Sequence record: ON528734
Direction: 5' to 3' (one strand)
Length of the DNA: 64,000 nucleotides
Source of the DNA: Shigella phage ESh24
The notes under the pieces are model-generated. The model was given only the letters and a program-made list of their open reading frames with translations. It had not been told where the DNA came from and ran no database searches. A program made the position numbers and the translations under genes. Position 1 is the stretch's first letter. Every line of letters starts with the position of its first letter. This document shows positions 50,819 to 61,365 of the stretch, piece by piece.

Positions 50819-51104
50819 AACGTATCGTCGTAAAGACTTAAAAGTGCGTGATTATGACTATTTCGGAAAGCGTAAAGCTCCTGACGGTGTTAGCCACAAA
50901 GACATGGTTGAAAACATTTTCCGCTCAGATAAATGGAAACGTATGAAAGGCGTTGATTCTGAAGTCAAGAACGAAATGAATCGACAACTCCGCAAAGAAG
51001 TTCGTAAGTTGAAAAAAGATGTTTACAGTAAAGAAGAGTATGATTATAATACTTCTCATACTGAAGCCAAACGTAAAGCTAACGAATGTTATCGTTACAG
51101 TTGA
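50811..51104 (+). CDS. highly basic small protein
   Basis: 97 aa from ATG 50811; Lys/Arg-rich. Confidence 0.5.
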   Translation: MGKTYRRKDLKVRDYDYFGKRKAPDGVSHKDMVENIFRSDKWKRMKGVDSEVKNEMNRQLRKEVRKLKKDVYSKEEYDYNTSHTEAKRKANECYRYS

Positions 51105-51111
51105 GGAAAAT

Positions 51112-51243
51112 ATGAATATCAAACGCTGGCTTTTTAAGCAAGGGTTCTACACTTTAAATTCTGCTCCAAAAGGCGATACAACTAAGTGGTCAGTAAATGA
51201 CTGGATTAAATTCATTGATGAAAATGGTAATTGGAAAATTTAA
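51112..51243 (+). CDS. small hypothetical protein
   Basis: 43 aa; strong RBS gaggaaaat. Confidence 0.4.
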   Translation: MNIKRWLFKQGFYTLNSAPKGDTTKWSVNDWIKFIDENGNWKI

Positions 51244-51444
51244 ATGAATCCTGAATCTAAATTATCGCAACGAATTGCTGAAGCTCGTCGCCAGTTCTTT
51301 GAAAATATGATAGCCCAAGGTATTGATGACGAAGTTTTTCTAAACTGGTTTTGGAATCACAAATATTCAAGTTGCTCAGGAGCAATATTAATATCAGCCG
51401 CAATGATGTACGAAGGCTGGAAGGGTGCCAAACAGTTTAGCTAA
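51244..51444 (+). CDS. small hypothetical protein
   Basis: 66 aa; followed by terminator agggc-ttcg-gccct + TTTTT (51444-51462). Confidence 0.5.
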   Translation: MNPESKLSQRIAEARRQFFENMIAQGIDDEVFLNWFWNHKYSSCSGAILISAAMMYEGWKGAKQFS

Positions 51445-51496
51445 GGGCTTCGGCCCTTTTTGGATAATAAAATTTTAATGCAATTGAGGATAATGT

Positions 51497-51823
51497 ATGA
51501 CTATTCAAATTAAAAACGCCATCAATTCTTACGCATATGATAAAGTAGTTTCTTTGCTAGAAAAAGGCGATATTGTAACTCCTCAAATTTTGGATAAATG
51601 GGAAAAAGAGCTTCATCAGACGATGAAACAGAATGATCAGAAGATTGGACGCAATACTGTCCGTGAATTGTTGGTTCAATATATCTTGTCAGAATTTGAT
51701 GTTAAAGCTTTTGGTGTAGAATCTAAAGCTTATCAAAAGCATGAAATTTCCGATAAGACTATTCGTCGCATGAAAAATCAACGCAAGAAAAAATTTGCAG
51801 ACCTGAAAATTACTAAGGTATAA
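51497..51823 (+). CDS. hypothetical protein
   Basis: 108 aa; RBS tgaggataatgt. Confidence 0.55.
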   Translation: MTIQIKNAINSYAYDKVVSLLEKGDIVTPQILDKWEKELHQTMKQNDQKIGRNTVRELLVQYILSEFDVKAFGVESKAYQKHEISDKTIRRMKNQRKKKFADLKITKV

Positions 51824-51825
51824 TT

Positions 51826-52041
51826 ATGAACGAAGCTCTTATTAACGATTTACGTCTTGCCGGATATGAAGTAAATACAAACGGCAATGGTTTAACTCAA
51901 ATTGAAGGAAATGGATTCATCCTTGAGTATGAATTTAGCCAATGGTGGTTATATGCTAATTACGGCGAATTAATTAAATATGTTGACCAATTTGATTCAC
52001 TAGATGCAGCTCTTGGAGCGGCTAAGCTAATGAATGCTTGA
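51826..52041 (+). CDS. small hypothetical protein
   Basis: 71 aa. Confidence 0.5.
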   Translation: MNEALINDLRLAGYEVNTNGNGLTQIEGNGFILEYEFSQWWLYANYGELIKYVDQFDSLDAALGAAKLMNA

Positions 52042-52123
52042 AATTGATTCATCCTCTATGCTTTAAGATAGATCTTCAAATATTATGATATAATAGATCT
52101 ATGAATTGAGCTAAGAGGTGAAA

Positions 52124-52681
52124 ATGTCAGAAACTAAGCCTAAATATAATTACGTAAACAATAAAGAGCTTTTACAAGCTATTATTGATTGGAAAACAGA
52201 ATTAGCAAATAATAAAGACCCAAATAAAGTAGTTCGTCAGAATGATACTATCGGATTAGCCATTATGCTTATTGCAGAAGGCTTATCTAAACGTTTCAAC
52301 TTTTCAGGATACACCCAGTCTTGGAAACAAGAAATGATTGCAGATGGTATAGAAGCTTCTATTAAGGGGCTTCATAATTTTGATGAAACGAAATATAAAA
52401 ACCCACATGCATATATAACTCAAGCTTGTTTTAATGCATTCGTCCAGCGTATTAAAAAAGAACGTAAGGAAGTTGCAAAGAAATATAGTTACTTCGTTCA
52501 CAATGTCTATGACAGTCGTGACGACGATATGGTTGCGTTAGTAGATGAAACTTTTATTCAAGACATCTATGATAAAATGACGCATTACGAAGAATCAACC
52601 TATAGAACACCGGGGGCTGAAAAGAAAAGTGTTGTAGACGATTCTCCTAGTTTGGATTTTTTATATGAGGCTAACGATTAA
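52124..52681 (+). CDS. 55: late-transcription sigma factor
   Basis: 185 aa from ATG 52124 (RBS aagaggtgaaa), [20 protein letters not shown]…; same length as T4 gp55. Confidence 0.9.
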
Positions 52682-52883
52682 CCTCTCCGGATTCTTGGAA
52701 GAAATACCTGAAGTTGAAGCTATTCCCTATTTACTTAAAATGTATCTCAGGGAAGTTTTAGCTCTTGACATTGATATTGATCCAGAAAATCCGTATGATA
52801 CCGCTTTTAAATCTAATGGTGTAGAATTAAACTATCGGTATCATTTAACAGATGATGATTTTTATTTTATATTAGAGAAATAA
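52665..52883 (+). CDS. small hypothetical protein
   Basis: 72 aa; overlaps the end of gene 55. Confidence 0.45.
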
Positions 52884-52884
52884 T

Positions 52885-53202
52885 ATGACTGATAAACCCG
52901 AAATTAATGATGAAGTGGAAAAGCTTATTTCTTCTATTGAAGAAAAGAACCGTCTTGAAGCAGAAAGAAAAGCAAATAAGTTATTGTCTAAAAACAAACG
53001 CGAACTGAATCGTCTTTATAAGCACGCTCAGATCGCAGCTGAAAATAATAATTTTGCTCAATACGAATATGCTATCAAGAAAAGTCGGGATATTCTAAAA
53101 CAGCCATATAACGATGAACTCATCAGTATTCTTTGGAAGACTACTAGATCGCAAATTGAGGATATGATTGATGCTTACACACGTAAAATTCAAGCGTCTT
53201 AA
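52885..53202 (+). CDS. hypothetical protein
   Basis: 105 aa, helical/charged. Confidence 0.5.
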   Translation: MTDKPEINDEVEKLISSIEEKNRLEAERKANKLLSKNKRELNRLYKHAQIAAENNNFAQYEYAIKKSRDILKQPYNDELISILWKTTRSQIEDMIDAYTRKIQAS

Positions 53203-53374
53203 AATTAATGCAGGATTTACTGAATCTTTGAATGGTCATCTTTGTGTGAAAATTTCTGAAAAAGAATACCATGATAGTTCAATTAAAGAAGTTAATCCTC
53301 CTATTGTAAGAGCAGACCCTAATATGAAAGTGTGGGTTGATTCCTATCAAGTCAAAAAATGGTGGCAACTGTGA
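53171..53374 (+). CDS. small hypothetical protein
   Basis: 67 aa from ATG 53171; overlaps the previous gene. Confidence 0.4.
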   Translation: MLTHVKFKRLKINAGFTESLNGHLCVKISEKEYHDSSIKEVNPPIVRADPNMKVWVDSYQVKKWWQL

Positions 53375-53377
53375 AAG

Positions 53378-53551
53378 ATGAACGCCCAGACTTGTGAAAT
53401 AGATTATAATAAAATTCGTTCCTCTAAAGTAGAAATGATGAGACGCTTTAAAGAGTCTCATGATAAAGCTAAAGCAGAAGGAACTATAAAATATAAGCGC
53501 ATAAAATTTAAAAGTTCTAACGAGCCTCTGTATGGCGTATTATGCGGATAG
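53378..53551 (+). CDS. small basic hypothetical protein
   Basis: 57 aa; followed by hairpin ataggagc-ttcg-gctcctat. Confidence 0.4.
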   Translation: MNAQTCEIDYNKIRSSKVEMMRRFKESHDKAKAEGTIKYKRIKFKSSNEPLYGVLCG

Positions 53552-53617
53552 GAGCTTCGGCTCCTATATTGCTTTATAAATTTTTGGTAAAATAAACCAA
53601 AACAAAGAGGATATTAA

Positions 53618-54820
53618 ATGAAAGTATGTATTTTTATGGCTCGAGGTCTTGAAGGTTGTGGTGTAACAAAATTCTCACTCGAGCAACGTGATTGGTTTAT
53701 TAAAAATGGTCATGAAGTAACTTTGGTTTATGCTAAAGATAAATCATTTACTCGTAATTGTGCGCATGATTATAAGTCATTTTCAATTCCGGTTTTATTG
53801 GCAAAAGAATATGATAAAACACTTAAGCTGGTAAATGATTGTGATATTCTAATTATCAATTCAGTTCCTGCTACTTCGGTTGAAGAAGACACTATTAATA
53901 ACTATAAAAAAATTATTGATAACATTAAACCTTCTGTTCGTGTTGTAGTTTATCAGCATGACCATTCTTCTCTTTCTTTGCGCCGAAATTTGGGATTAGA
54001 AGAAACTGTTCGTCGAGCTGATGTTATTTTTAGCCATTCTGATAATGGTGATTTTAATAAAGTTCTGATGAAAGAATGGTATCCAGAAACTGTTTCTCTG
54101 TTTGATGATATTGAAGAAGCACCGACCGTATACAACTTTCAGCCTCCGATGGATATTGCTAAGGTTCGGTCAACCTACTGGAAAGATGTTTCTGAAATTA
54201 ACATGAATATTAACCGTTGGATTGGTCGTACGACTACATGGAAAGGTTTTTATCAGATGTTTGATTTTCACGAAAAACATCTTAAACCTGCAGGACTAAG
54301 TACTATTATGGAAGGTCTGGAACGTTCTCCAGCGTTCATTCCTATTAAAGAAAAAGGAATTCCATACGAGTATTATCGTCTTCATCAAGTAGACCAAATT
54401 AAAATTGCTCCTAATTTGCCAACGCAAATTCTTGACCGTTATGTAAATAGCGAAATGCTTGAACGCATGAGTAAATCCGGTTTTGGTTATCAGCTGAGTA
54501 AATTAGATAAAAAATATCTACAACGTTCTTTAGAATATACTCATCTCGAGCTTGGTGCATGTGGAACAATTCCGGTATTTTGGAAATCTACTGGCGAAAA
54601 TTTAAAATTCCGTGTTGATAATACTCCTTTGACCTCGCATGATAGCGGTATCATTTGGTTTGATGAAAATGACATGGAATCAACATTTGAACGTATTAAA
54701 GAACTGTCATCTGACCGAACTCTTTATGACCGCGAACGCGAAAAAGCTTATGAATTTTTGTATCAGCATCAAGATTCAAGCTTCTGCTTTAAAGAACAGT
54801 TTGACATTATTACAAAATAA
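53618..54820 (+). CDS. a-gt: DNA alpha-glucosyltransferase
   Basis: 400 aa, MKVCIFMARGLEGCGVTKFSLEQRDWF…; same length as T4 AGT. Confidence 0.9.
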   Translation: MKVCIFMARGLEGCGVTKFSLEQRDWFIKNGHEVTLVYAKDKSFTRNCAHDYKSFSIPVLLAKEYDKTLKLVNDCDILIINSVPATSVEEDTINNYKKIIDNIKPSVRVVVYQHDHSSLSLRRNLGLEETVRRADVIFSHSDNGDFNKVLMKEWYPETVSLFDDIEEAPTVYNFQPPMDIAKVRSTYWKDVSEINMNINRWIGRTTTWKGFYQMFDFHEKHLKPAGLSTIMEGLERSPAFIPIKEKGIPYEYYRLHQVDQIKIAPNLPTQILDRYVNSEMLERMSKSGFGYQLSKLDKKYLQRSLEYTHLELGACGTIPVFWKSTGENLKFRVDNTPLTSHDSGIIWFDENDMESTFERIKELSSDRTLYDREREKAYEFLYQHQDSSFCFKEQFDIITK

Positions 54821-54840
54821 AGGGCTTCGGCCCTTTAGCT
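54820..54840 (+). terminator. GC hairpin after a-gt
   Basis: aagggc-ttcg-gccctt stem-loop. Confidence 0.5.
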
Positions 54841-54859
54841 TTATACGGAGTTTGATATA

Positions 54860-55000
54860 ATGATATTTCTTGGATATGTGGTACTTTTTCTTGCATTTTA
54901 TCTATTCACTAGAGCATGTTGGATTGGATTCTTTAGCACACCAGATGGGTTTATTTCAATAATTTTATTTTGCATTTCAATGACGGTTCTTGATATATGA
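54860..55000 (+). CDS. small membrane protein
   Basis: 46 aa, hydrophobic; RBS acggag; ATGA overlap with gene 47. Confidence 0.4.
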   Translation: MIFLGYVVLFLAFYLFTRACWIGFFSTPDGFISIILFCISMTVLDI

Positions 55001-56016
55001 AAATTTTAAATTTAGGTGATTGGCATTTAGGCGTTAAAGCTGATGATGAGTGGATTCGCGGTATTCAAATTGATGGAATTAAGCAAGCGATAGAATATTC
55101 TAAGAAAAATGGAATTACGGTATGGATTCAATACGGTGATATTTTTGATGTGCGAAAAGCGATCACGCATAAAACTATGGAGTTTGCCCGTGAAATAGTT
55201 CAAATGCTTGATGGTGCTGGAATCACATTACATACTATTGTAGGAAATCACGATCTCCACTACAAAAATGTAATGCATCCAAATGCCTCTACTGAGCTTT
55301 TGGCTAAATATCCTAATGTTAAAGTATATGATAAGCCTACTACAGTAGATTTTGACGGATGTTTGATTGATTTAATTCCTTGGATGTGTGAAGAAAATAC
55401 TGGTGAAATTCTTGAACACATCAAAACTTCATCTGCTTCTTTTTGTGTTGGTCACTGGGAGCTGAATGGATTTTATTTTTATAAAGGAATGAAATCTCAC
55501 GGTCTTGAACCTGATTTCCTTAAGACTTATAAAGAAGTGTGGTCTGGTCACTTCCATACTATCTCTGAGGCTGCTAACGTCAGATATATTGGGACACCAT
55601 GGACACTAACTGCAGGTGACGAGAATGACCCTCGTGGGTTCTGGATGTTTGATACAGAAACAGAACGAATGGAATTTATTCCAAACAATACTACCTGGCA
55701 TCGTAGAATTCATTATCCATTTAAAGGAAAAATTGACTATAAAGATTTTACAAATCTATCAGTACGTGTTATAGTAACTGAAGTAGACAAAAATCTGACG
55801 AAGTTCGAATCTGAACTAGAAAAAGTTGTGCATTCATTACGAGTTGTGTCAAAAATTGATAACTCTGTCGAGTCAGATGAAAGTGAAGAAGTTGAAGTTC
55901 AATCTCTTCAGACGTTGATGGAAGAATACATCAATGCAATTCCAGACATCACTGATTCTGACCGTGAAGCACTTATTCAATATGCAAATCAGCTATATGT
56001 AGAGGCAACACAATGA
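54997..56016 (+). CDS. 47: recombination endonuclease subunit (Mre11-like)
   Basis: 339 aa; phosphoesterase motifs DWHLG, GDIFD, GNHD; same length as T4 gp47. Confidence 0.92.
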   Translation: MKILNLGDWHLGVKADDEWIRGIQIDGIKQAIEYSKKNGITVWIQYGDIFDVRKAITHKTMEFAREIVQMLDGAGITLHTIVGNHDLHYKNVMHPNASTELLAKYPNVKVYDKPTTVDFDGCLIDLIPWMCEENTGEILEHIKTSSASFCVGHWELNGFYFYKGMKSHGLEPDFLKTYKEVWSGHFHTISEAANVRYIGTPWTLTAGDENDPRGFWMFDTETERMEFIPNNTTWHRRIHYPFKGKIDYKDFTNLSVRVIVTEVDKNLTKFESELEKVVHSLRVVSKIDNSVESDESEEVEVQSLQTLMEEYINAIPDITDSDREALIQYANQLYVEATQ

Positions 56017-56276
56017 CTTTTGATGAATTTAAAAATGTTATGATGAGTCAGCATTTTGAATGCGAAGTAAAAGATGATATTGGTCATAAAGAAATTATTG
56101 AATATTGGTTTGAACCGCTAGAGGTTGAAGATAATTGTATTAAAAAGGTTACAGTCTGCACTGACTGGGCTGTATCTTTTAACTTCAACATTTTAGATAA
56201 TGACACACCTAAATCATTACGAGATATGGCTGTATCTTGTATTAAGGATGCATACTGTGAAGTTTTCGACATTTGA
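56013..56276 (+). CDS. hypothetical protein
   Basis: 87-aa ORF, ATGA overlap with gene 47. Confidence 0.5.
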   Translation: MTFDEFKNVMMSQHFECEVKDDIGHKEIIEYWFEPLEVEDNCIKKVTVCTDWAVSFNFNILDNDTPKSLRDMAVSCIKDAYCEVFDI

Positions 56277-56463
56277 CGTTAACGATGAATTCATAGCAAA
56301 TATTGATTATACCGAAGAAGATTCTAGATATGTTGGAATAATTTATATTACATCAAAAACAGCACAAGGTGTTGTTTGCATGGCTGAATTTGATGAATAC
56401 TTTTTAGATTATGATGATATGATAGAATGGTCTAAAAGATACATTAAAAGGAATCTTTTGTGA
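56248..56463 (+). CDS. hypothetical protein
   Basis: ~71 aa; start uncertain (ATG 56248 or GTG 56257). Confidence 0.4.
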   Translation: MHTVKFSTFDVNDEFIANIDYTEEDSRYVGIIYITSKTAQGVVCMAEFDEYFLDYDDMIEWSKRYIKRNLL

Positions 56464-58142
56464 AGAATTTTAAACTAAACCGAGTTAGGTATCAAAATAT
56501 AATGTCAGTAGGTGGAAATCCTATTGACATTCAATTAGATAAGGTTCAAAAAACTCTTATTACTGGACGAAATGGCGGTGGTAAGTCTACTATGTTAGAA
56601 GCCATCACATTTGGGCTTTTTGGCAAGCCATTTCGTGATGTAAAGAAAGGTCAATTAATAAACAGCACAAATAAGAAAGAACTTTTAGTTGAACTGTGGA
56701 TGGAATATGATGAGAAAAAGTACTATATCAAAAGAGGACAAAAACCAAACGTTTTCGAAATCACCGTTAACGGTACACGTCTTAATGAATCTGCCAGCAG
56801 TAAAGATTTCCAAGCAGAATTTGAACAGCTTATCGGAATGTCATATGCCAGTTTCAAGCAGATTGTTGTCCTTGGTACAGCAGGGTATACCCCTTTCATG
56901 GGTTTGTCGACCCCTGCACGAAGAAAGCTTGTGGAAGACCTGCTTGAGGTAGGAACATTAGCTGAAATGGATAAGCTTAATAAAGCACTAATACGTGAAT
57001 TAAATTCACAAAACCAAGTGCTTGATGTTAAAAAAGATAGTATTATCCAACAAATTAAAATATATAATGATAATGTTGAACGTCAGAAAAAATTAACGGG
57101 TGACAACCTTACTCGTCTTCAAAATATGTATGATGATTTGGCAAAAGAAGCTAGAACGCTAAAATCGGAAATAGAAGAAGCTAATGAAAGATTAGTTAAT
57201 ATTGTTTTGGATGAAGACCCGACTGATGCATTTAATAAAATCGGTCAAGAAGCATTTTTAATTAAATCAAAAATTGACTCGTATAATAAAGTCATTAACA
57301 TGTATCACGAAGGTGGATTATGTCCAACCTGCTTGTCACAATTAAGTTCCGGTGATAAAGTTGTTTCTAAAATTAAAGATAAAGTTTCTGAATGTACGCA
57401 TTCATTTGAACAGCTTTCAACACACCGTGATAATTTAAAAGTTCTTGTTGACGAATACCGAGATAATATTAAAACCCAGCAGTCGTTGGCAAATGATATT
57501 CGCAATAAAAAGCAATCTCTAATCACGACGGTAGATAAAGCTAAAAAAGTTAAAGCAGCTATAGAAAAAGCATCTTCTGAGTTTATTGACCATGCTGATG
57601 AAATAGCACTGCTTCAAGAAGAACTTGATAAAATTGTTAAGACAAAAACTAATTTAGTAATGGAAAAATACCACCGAGGAATTTTGACTGATATGCTCAA
57701 AGATTCTGGTATTAAAGGTGCTATTATTAAAAAGTACATTCCATTATTTAATAAGCAGATTAACCATTATCTTAAAATAATGGAAGCGGATTATGTGTTT
57801 ACATTAGATGAAGAATTTAATGAGACAATTAAATCCCGTGGTCGTGAAGATTTTAGTTATGCTTCATTTAGTGAAGGCGAAAAAGCGCGAATTGATATTG
57901 CTCTTTTATTTACTTGGCGTGATATTGCTTCTATTGTATCTGGTGTTAGTATTAGTACATTAATACTCGATGAAGTGTTTGATGGGTCATTTGATGCCGA
58001 AGGTATTAAAGGTGTAGCTAATATTATAAATTCAATGAAAAACACTAATGTTTTTATAATTTCGCATAAAGACCATGACCCGCAAGAATATGGTCAGCAT
58101 CTTCAAATGAAGAAAGTTGGTCGATTTACTGTAATGGTTTAA
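56460..58142 (+). CDS. 46: recombination endonuclease ATPase subunit (Rad50/SbcC-like)
   Basis: 560 aa; GTG start; Walker A GRNGGGKST, central coiled coil with CPTC zinc hook, signature SEGE and Walker B ILDEVFD. Confidence 0.92.
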   Translation: MKNFKLNRVRYQNIMSVGGNPIDIQLDKVQKTLITGRNGGGKSTMLEAITFGLFGKPFRDVKKGQLINSTNKKELLVELWMEYDEKKYYIKRGQKPNVFEITVNGTRLNESASSKDFQAEFEQLIGMSYASFKQIVVLGTAGYTPFMGLSTPARRKLVEDLLEVGTLAEMDKLNKALIRELNSQNQVLDVKKDSIIQQIKIYNDNVERQKKLTGDNLTRLQNMYDDLAKEARTLKSEIEEANERLVNIVLDEDPTDAFNKIGQEAFLIKSKIDSYNKVINMYHEGGLCPTCLSQLSSGDKVVSKIKDKVSECTHSFEQLSTHRDNLKVLVDEYRDNIKTQQSLANDIRNKKQSLITTVDKAKKVKAAIEKASSEFIDHADEIALLQEELDKIVKTKTNLVMEKYHRGILTDMLKDSGIKGAIIKKYIPLFNKQINHYLKIMEADYVFTLDEEFNETIKSRGREDFSYASFSEGEKARIDIALLFTWRDIASIVSGVSISTLILDEVFDGSFDAEGIKGVANIINSMKNTNVFIISHKDHDPQEYGQHLQMKKVGRFTVMV

Positions 58143-58197
58143 TTTATAAGAGATTATGCTTTAATTTATTAGAGTATAATCTCTGTGGAGGAAAAAC

Positions 58198-58386
58198 ATG
58201 GAATATTCAACTGGACAGCATCTATTAACTTTTCCTGAAATAAAACGATATATTCTGAGAAATAATTTTTCTAATGAAGAGCATATAGTTACTGAATCTA
58301 TGCTTAGGAATGCATTTAAAGCAGAATATACAAAAATAATGTCCAATAGAAATGAAGCTTGGACTGTTACTGATTATTATGACTAA
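58198..58386 (+). CDS. small hypothetical protein
   Basis: 62 aa; RBS ggaggaaaaac. Confidence 0.5.
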   Translation: MEYSTGQHLLTFPEIKRYILRNNFSNEEHIVTESMLRNAFKAEYTKIMSNRNEAWTVTDYYD

Positions 58387-58395
58387 AGGTGTATT

Positions 58396-58785
58396 ATGAC
58401 TAAAATTACCGTGAATTATACTGTTGATGTAAAAGATATTCAGCCAAAACACGTGCGTTCTGAATCAAATCCACAAAACCAAAATAAAATTCGTCGAGCA
58501 TGGGTTTTGTCTCTTTCTGATAACGCAATGGAAGTTATTCAGAACAAAATTAAATCTGCACCTGCTCGTCATGCGTATTATGAAGCTATCGATCGTGAAG
58601 TAAGTAATAAATGGATTGAACTAATGCGCAAACATACTACAGAATCCCTAAACGCTGGTGCTAAATTTATTATGACTTCATGCGGTGAACGTCTTGAAGA
58701 TGATTATTGCGGTAATGCAGATGAACGTCTAATTGTTGCTGCTCAAATTGTTGCGGAAACAATTGTGGCCGAGTTTAATAAATGA
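58396..58785 (+). CDS. rpbA: RNA polymerase-binding protein
   Basis: 129 aa as T4 RpbA; position between 46 and 45. Confidence 0.75.
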   Translation: MTKITVNYTVDVKDIQPKHVRSESNPQNQNKIRRAWVLSLSDNAMEVIQNKIKSAPARHAYYEAIDREVSNKWIELMRKHTTESLNAGAKFIMTSCGERLEDDYCGNADERLIVAAQIVAETIVAEFNK

Positions 58786-59670
58786 ATTTAGTATATCTTA
58801 TTAGCTTTCCAGAGCGGGAAGCTAAAAATATTTTTCCGTGTTATTATATAGGTTCAAAAATTAACGCAATTTTCGATGGAACAAATATAATTGATTCAGC
58901 TGGAAAGATTTATACTGGAAGCGTGTCATCGAGTTATAGTGATGAATATTTTGAGCTTATTAAAACCACTAAATATACCGTCAAAATTTTAGCTGAAACT
59001 ATATTAGATCCAAGAAAATTGGAAAGATTTTTTTCAATTAAAAGTTAAAGCAAAAAGCAATATAAAATATTTTAATAAAGCATACGCAGATGAAAATACT
59101 TTAATTGGCGCTAAAGGATATGGAACATATAAAAATGTTTTAACTGGAAAAATTGTAAAGCTTTCGCAATCTGAAATTACGCCCGATTATGTTGGTATTC
59201 GTAAAGGTTACAAACATAGTTCTGACGTAAAATATAAAATATCTAATTCAATGAAGAATCACTGGACCGATGAGAAAAAGCTTAAACTTTCAAATAAGAT
59301 GAAATTGAAATATCTTGATTGTAGTTATGCTAAAAAGTTTAGTGATATAATGAATTCAGAAAGTGTAAGATCAAAAATTTCTAAATCTCAAAAAGAGTTA
59401 TGGAATAATGCTGAAAGAAGACAGAGAGCTTCAATTCAAGCAACTGTTAGAAATAATTTACCGGAATTCAAATCAAAATTTAGAAAATCTAAAGCTAGAG
59501 GAACTTGGATTGAACATGAAGATGAATTAAAAACTTTATGGCATGCTTACGGAAAACCGAGTTATAATAAATTTCGTAAAATTGCAGTAGCTAATGGGTT
59601 TAACGACGAATCTTATCAGGGTGCTGTACGGTCCTGGTCTAACTATTATGTAAATAGGAAATTGAAATGA
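58782..59670 (+). pseudogene. seg-like GIY-YIG homing endonuclease, split by a frameshift
   Basis: Frame A 58782-59048 encodes a GIY-YIG-like N-terminus (VYLISF…YYIGSKI); frame B is open from 59008 to 59670 and encodes a Lys/Ser-rich tail (KISNSMKNHW…, VRSKISKSQKELW) of the kind found in homing-endonuclease DNA-binding regions; the frames overlap at 59008-59048. Confidence 0.5.
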
Positions 59671-60353
59671 AATTATCTAAAGACACACTGAATATTTTGA
59701 AAAATTTCGCTACTATTAACTCCGGTATTATGCTTAAATCTGGTCAATTTATTATGACTCGCGCAGTTAATGGTACAACTTATGCGGAAGCAAATATTTC
59801 TGACGTTATTGATTTTGATGTAGCAATTTACGATTTGAACGGTTTTCTCGGTATTCTGTCTTTAGTTAATGATGATGCAGAAATTTCCCAGTCAGAAGAT
59901 GGAAATATTAAAATTGCTGATGCCCGCTCAACAATTTTTTGGCCAGCAGCCGATCCGAGTACAGTAGTTGCTCCTAATAAACCAATTCCATTCCCGGTAG
60001 CATCTGTTGTTACTGAAATTAAAGCTGAAGACCTTCAACAGCTGTTGCGTGTATCTCGTGGTCTGCAGATTGATACAATTGCTATCACGGTAAAAGAAGG
60101 TAAAATCGTAATTAACGGTTTTAATAAAGTAGAAGATTCTGCTCTGACCCGCGTTAAATATTCTTTGACTCTTGGTGATTATGATGGTGAAAATACATTT
60201 AATTTCATTATCAATATGGCAAATATGAAAATGCAACCAGGAAATTATAAACTTCTGCTCTGGGCAAAAGGTAAACAAGGTGCTGCTAAATTTGAAGGTG
60301 AACACGCGAATTATGTAGTAGCTCTTGAAGCTGATTCTACCCACGATTTTTAA
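59667..60353 (+). CDS. 45: sliding clamp
   Basis: 228 aa, MKLSKDTLNILKNFATINSGIMLKSGQFIMTRAVNG…; matches T4 gp45. Confidence 0.95.
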   Translation: MKLSKDTLNILKNFATINSGIMLKSGQFIMTRAVNGTTYAEANISDVIDFDVAIYDLNGFLGILSLVNDDAEISQSEDGNIKIADARSTIFWPAADPSTVVAPNKPIPFPVASVVTEIKAEDLQQLLRVSRGLQIDTIAITVKEGKIVINGFNKVEDSALTRVKYSLTLGDYDGENTFNFIINMANMKMQPGNYKLLLWAKGKQGAAKFEGEHANYVVALEADSTHDF

Positions 60354-60355
60354 TA

Positions 60356-60371
60356 GAGGGCTTCGGCCCTT
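60356..60371 (+). terminator. GC hairpin between 45 and 44
   Basis: gagggc-ttcg-gccctt. Confidence 0.5.
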
Positions 60372-60404
60372 TATAATTTACACTAAAACTTGAATGAGGA
60401 AATT

Positions 60405-61364
60405 ATGATTACCGTAAATGAAAAAGAACACATTCTTGAACAGAAATATCGTCCATCTACTATCGATGAATGTATTCTTCCCGCCTTTGATAAAGAAACC
60501 TTTAAATCTATTACAAGTAAAGGTAAAATTCCACATATTATTCTTCATTCTCCTTCTCCAGGAACAGGTAAAACAACTGTAGCGAAAGCATTGTGTCATG
60601 ATGTAAATGCTGATATGATGTTTGTGAATGGATCAGATTGTAAAATTGATTTCGTTCGTGGTCCTTTGACTAATTTTGCCAGCGCCGCTTCATTTGATGG
60701 TCGTCAAAAAGTAATCGTTATTGATGAATTTGACCGCTCAGGATTAGCAGAGTCTCAGCGACATCTTCGCTCCTTTATGGAAGCTTATAGTTCAAACTGT
60801 AGTATTATTATTACTGCTAACAATATTGATGGTATTATTAAACCACTTCAGTCACGCTGTCGAGTTATTACATTCGGTCAACCGACCGATGAAGATAAAA
60901 TTGAAATGATGAAGCAGATGATTCGTCGATTGACTGAAATCTGTAAACATGAAGGTATTGCTATAGCTGATATGAAAGTTGTAGCAGCTTTGGTTAAAAA
61001 GAATTTTCCTGATTTTCGTAAAACTATTGGCGAGCTCGATAGTTATTCATCTAAAGGTGTTTTGGATGCTGGTATTTTATCACTGGTTACTAACGATCGT
61101 GGTGCTATTGATGATGTTCTTGAGTCTCTCAAAAATAAAGATGTTAAACAACTCAGAGCTTTAGCACCAAAATATGCAGCCGATTATTCGTGGTTCGTTG
61201 GTAAACTTGCCGAAGAAATCTATACACGTGTAACACCACAGAGTATTATTCGTATGTACGAAATTGTCGGCGAAAATAATCAGTATCATGGTATTGCAGC
61301 TAATATTGAATTGCATCTAGCTTATCTTTTCATTCAGTTAGCATGTGAAATGCAGTGGAAGTGA
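60405..61364 (+). CDS. 44: clamp loader large subunit
   Basis: 319 aa from ATG 60405, [27 protein letters not shown]…; Walker [11 protein letters not shown]. Confidence 0.95.
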   Translation: MITVNEKEHILEQKYRPSTIDECILPAFDKETFKSITSKGKIPHIILHSPSPGTGKTTVAKALCHDVNADMMFVNGSDCKIDFVRGPLTNFASAASFDGRQKVIVIDEFDRSGLAESQRHLRSFMEAYSSNCSIIITANNIDGIIKPLQSRCRVITFGQPTDEDKIEMMKQMIRRLTEICKHEGIAIADMKVVAALVKKNFPDFRKTIGELDSYSSKGVLDAGILSLVTNDRGAIDDVLESLKNKDVKQLRALAPKYAADYSWFVGKLAEEIYTRVTPQSIIRMYEIVGENNQYHGIAANIELHLAYLFIQLACEMQWK

Positions 61365-61365
61365 T

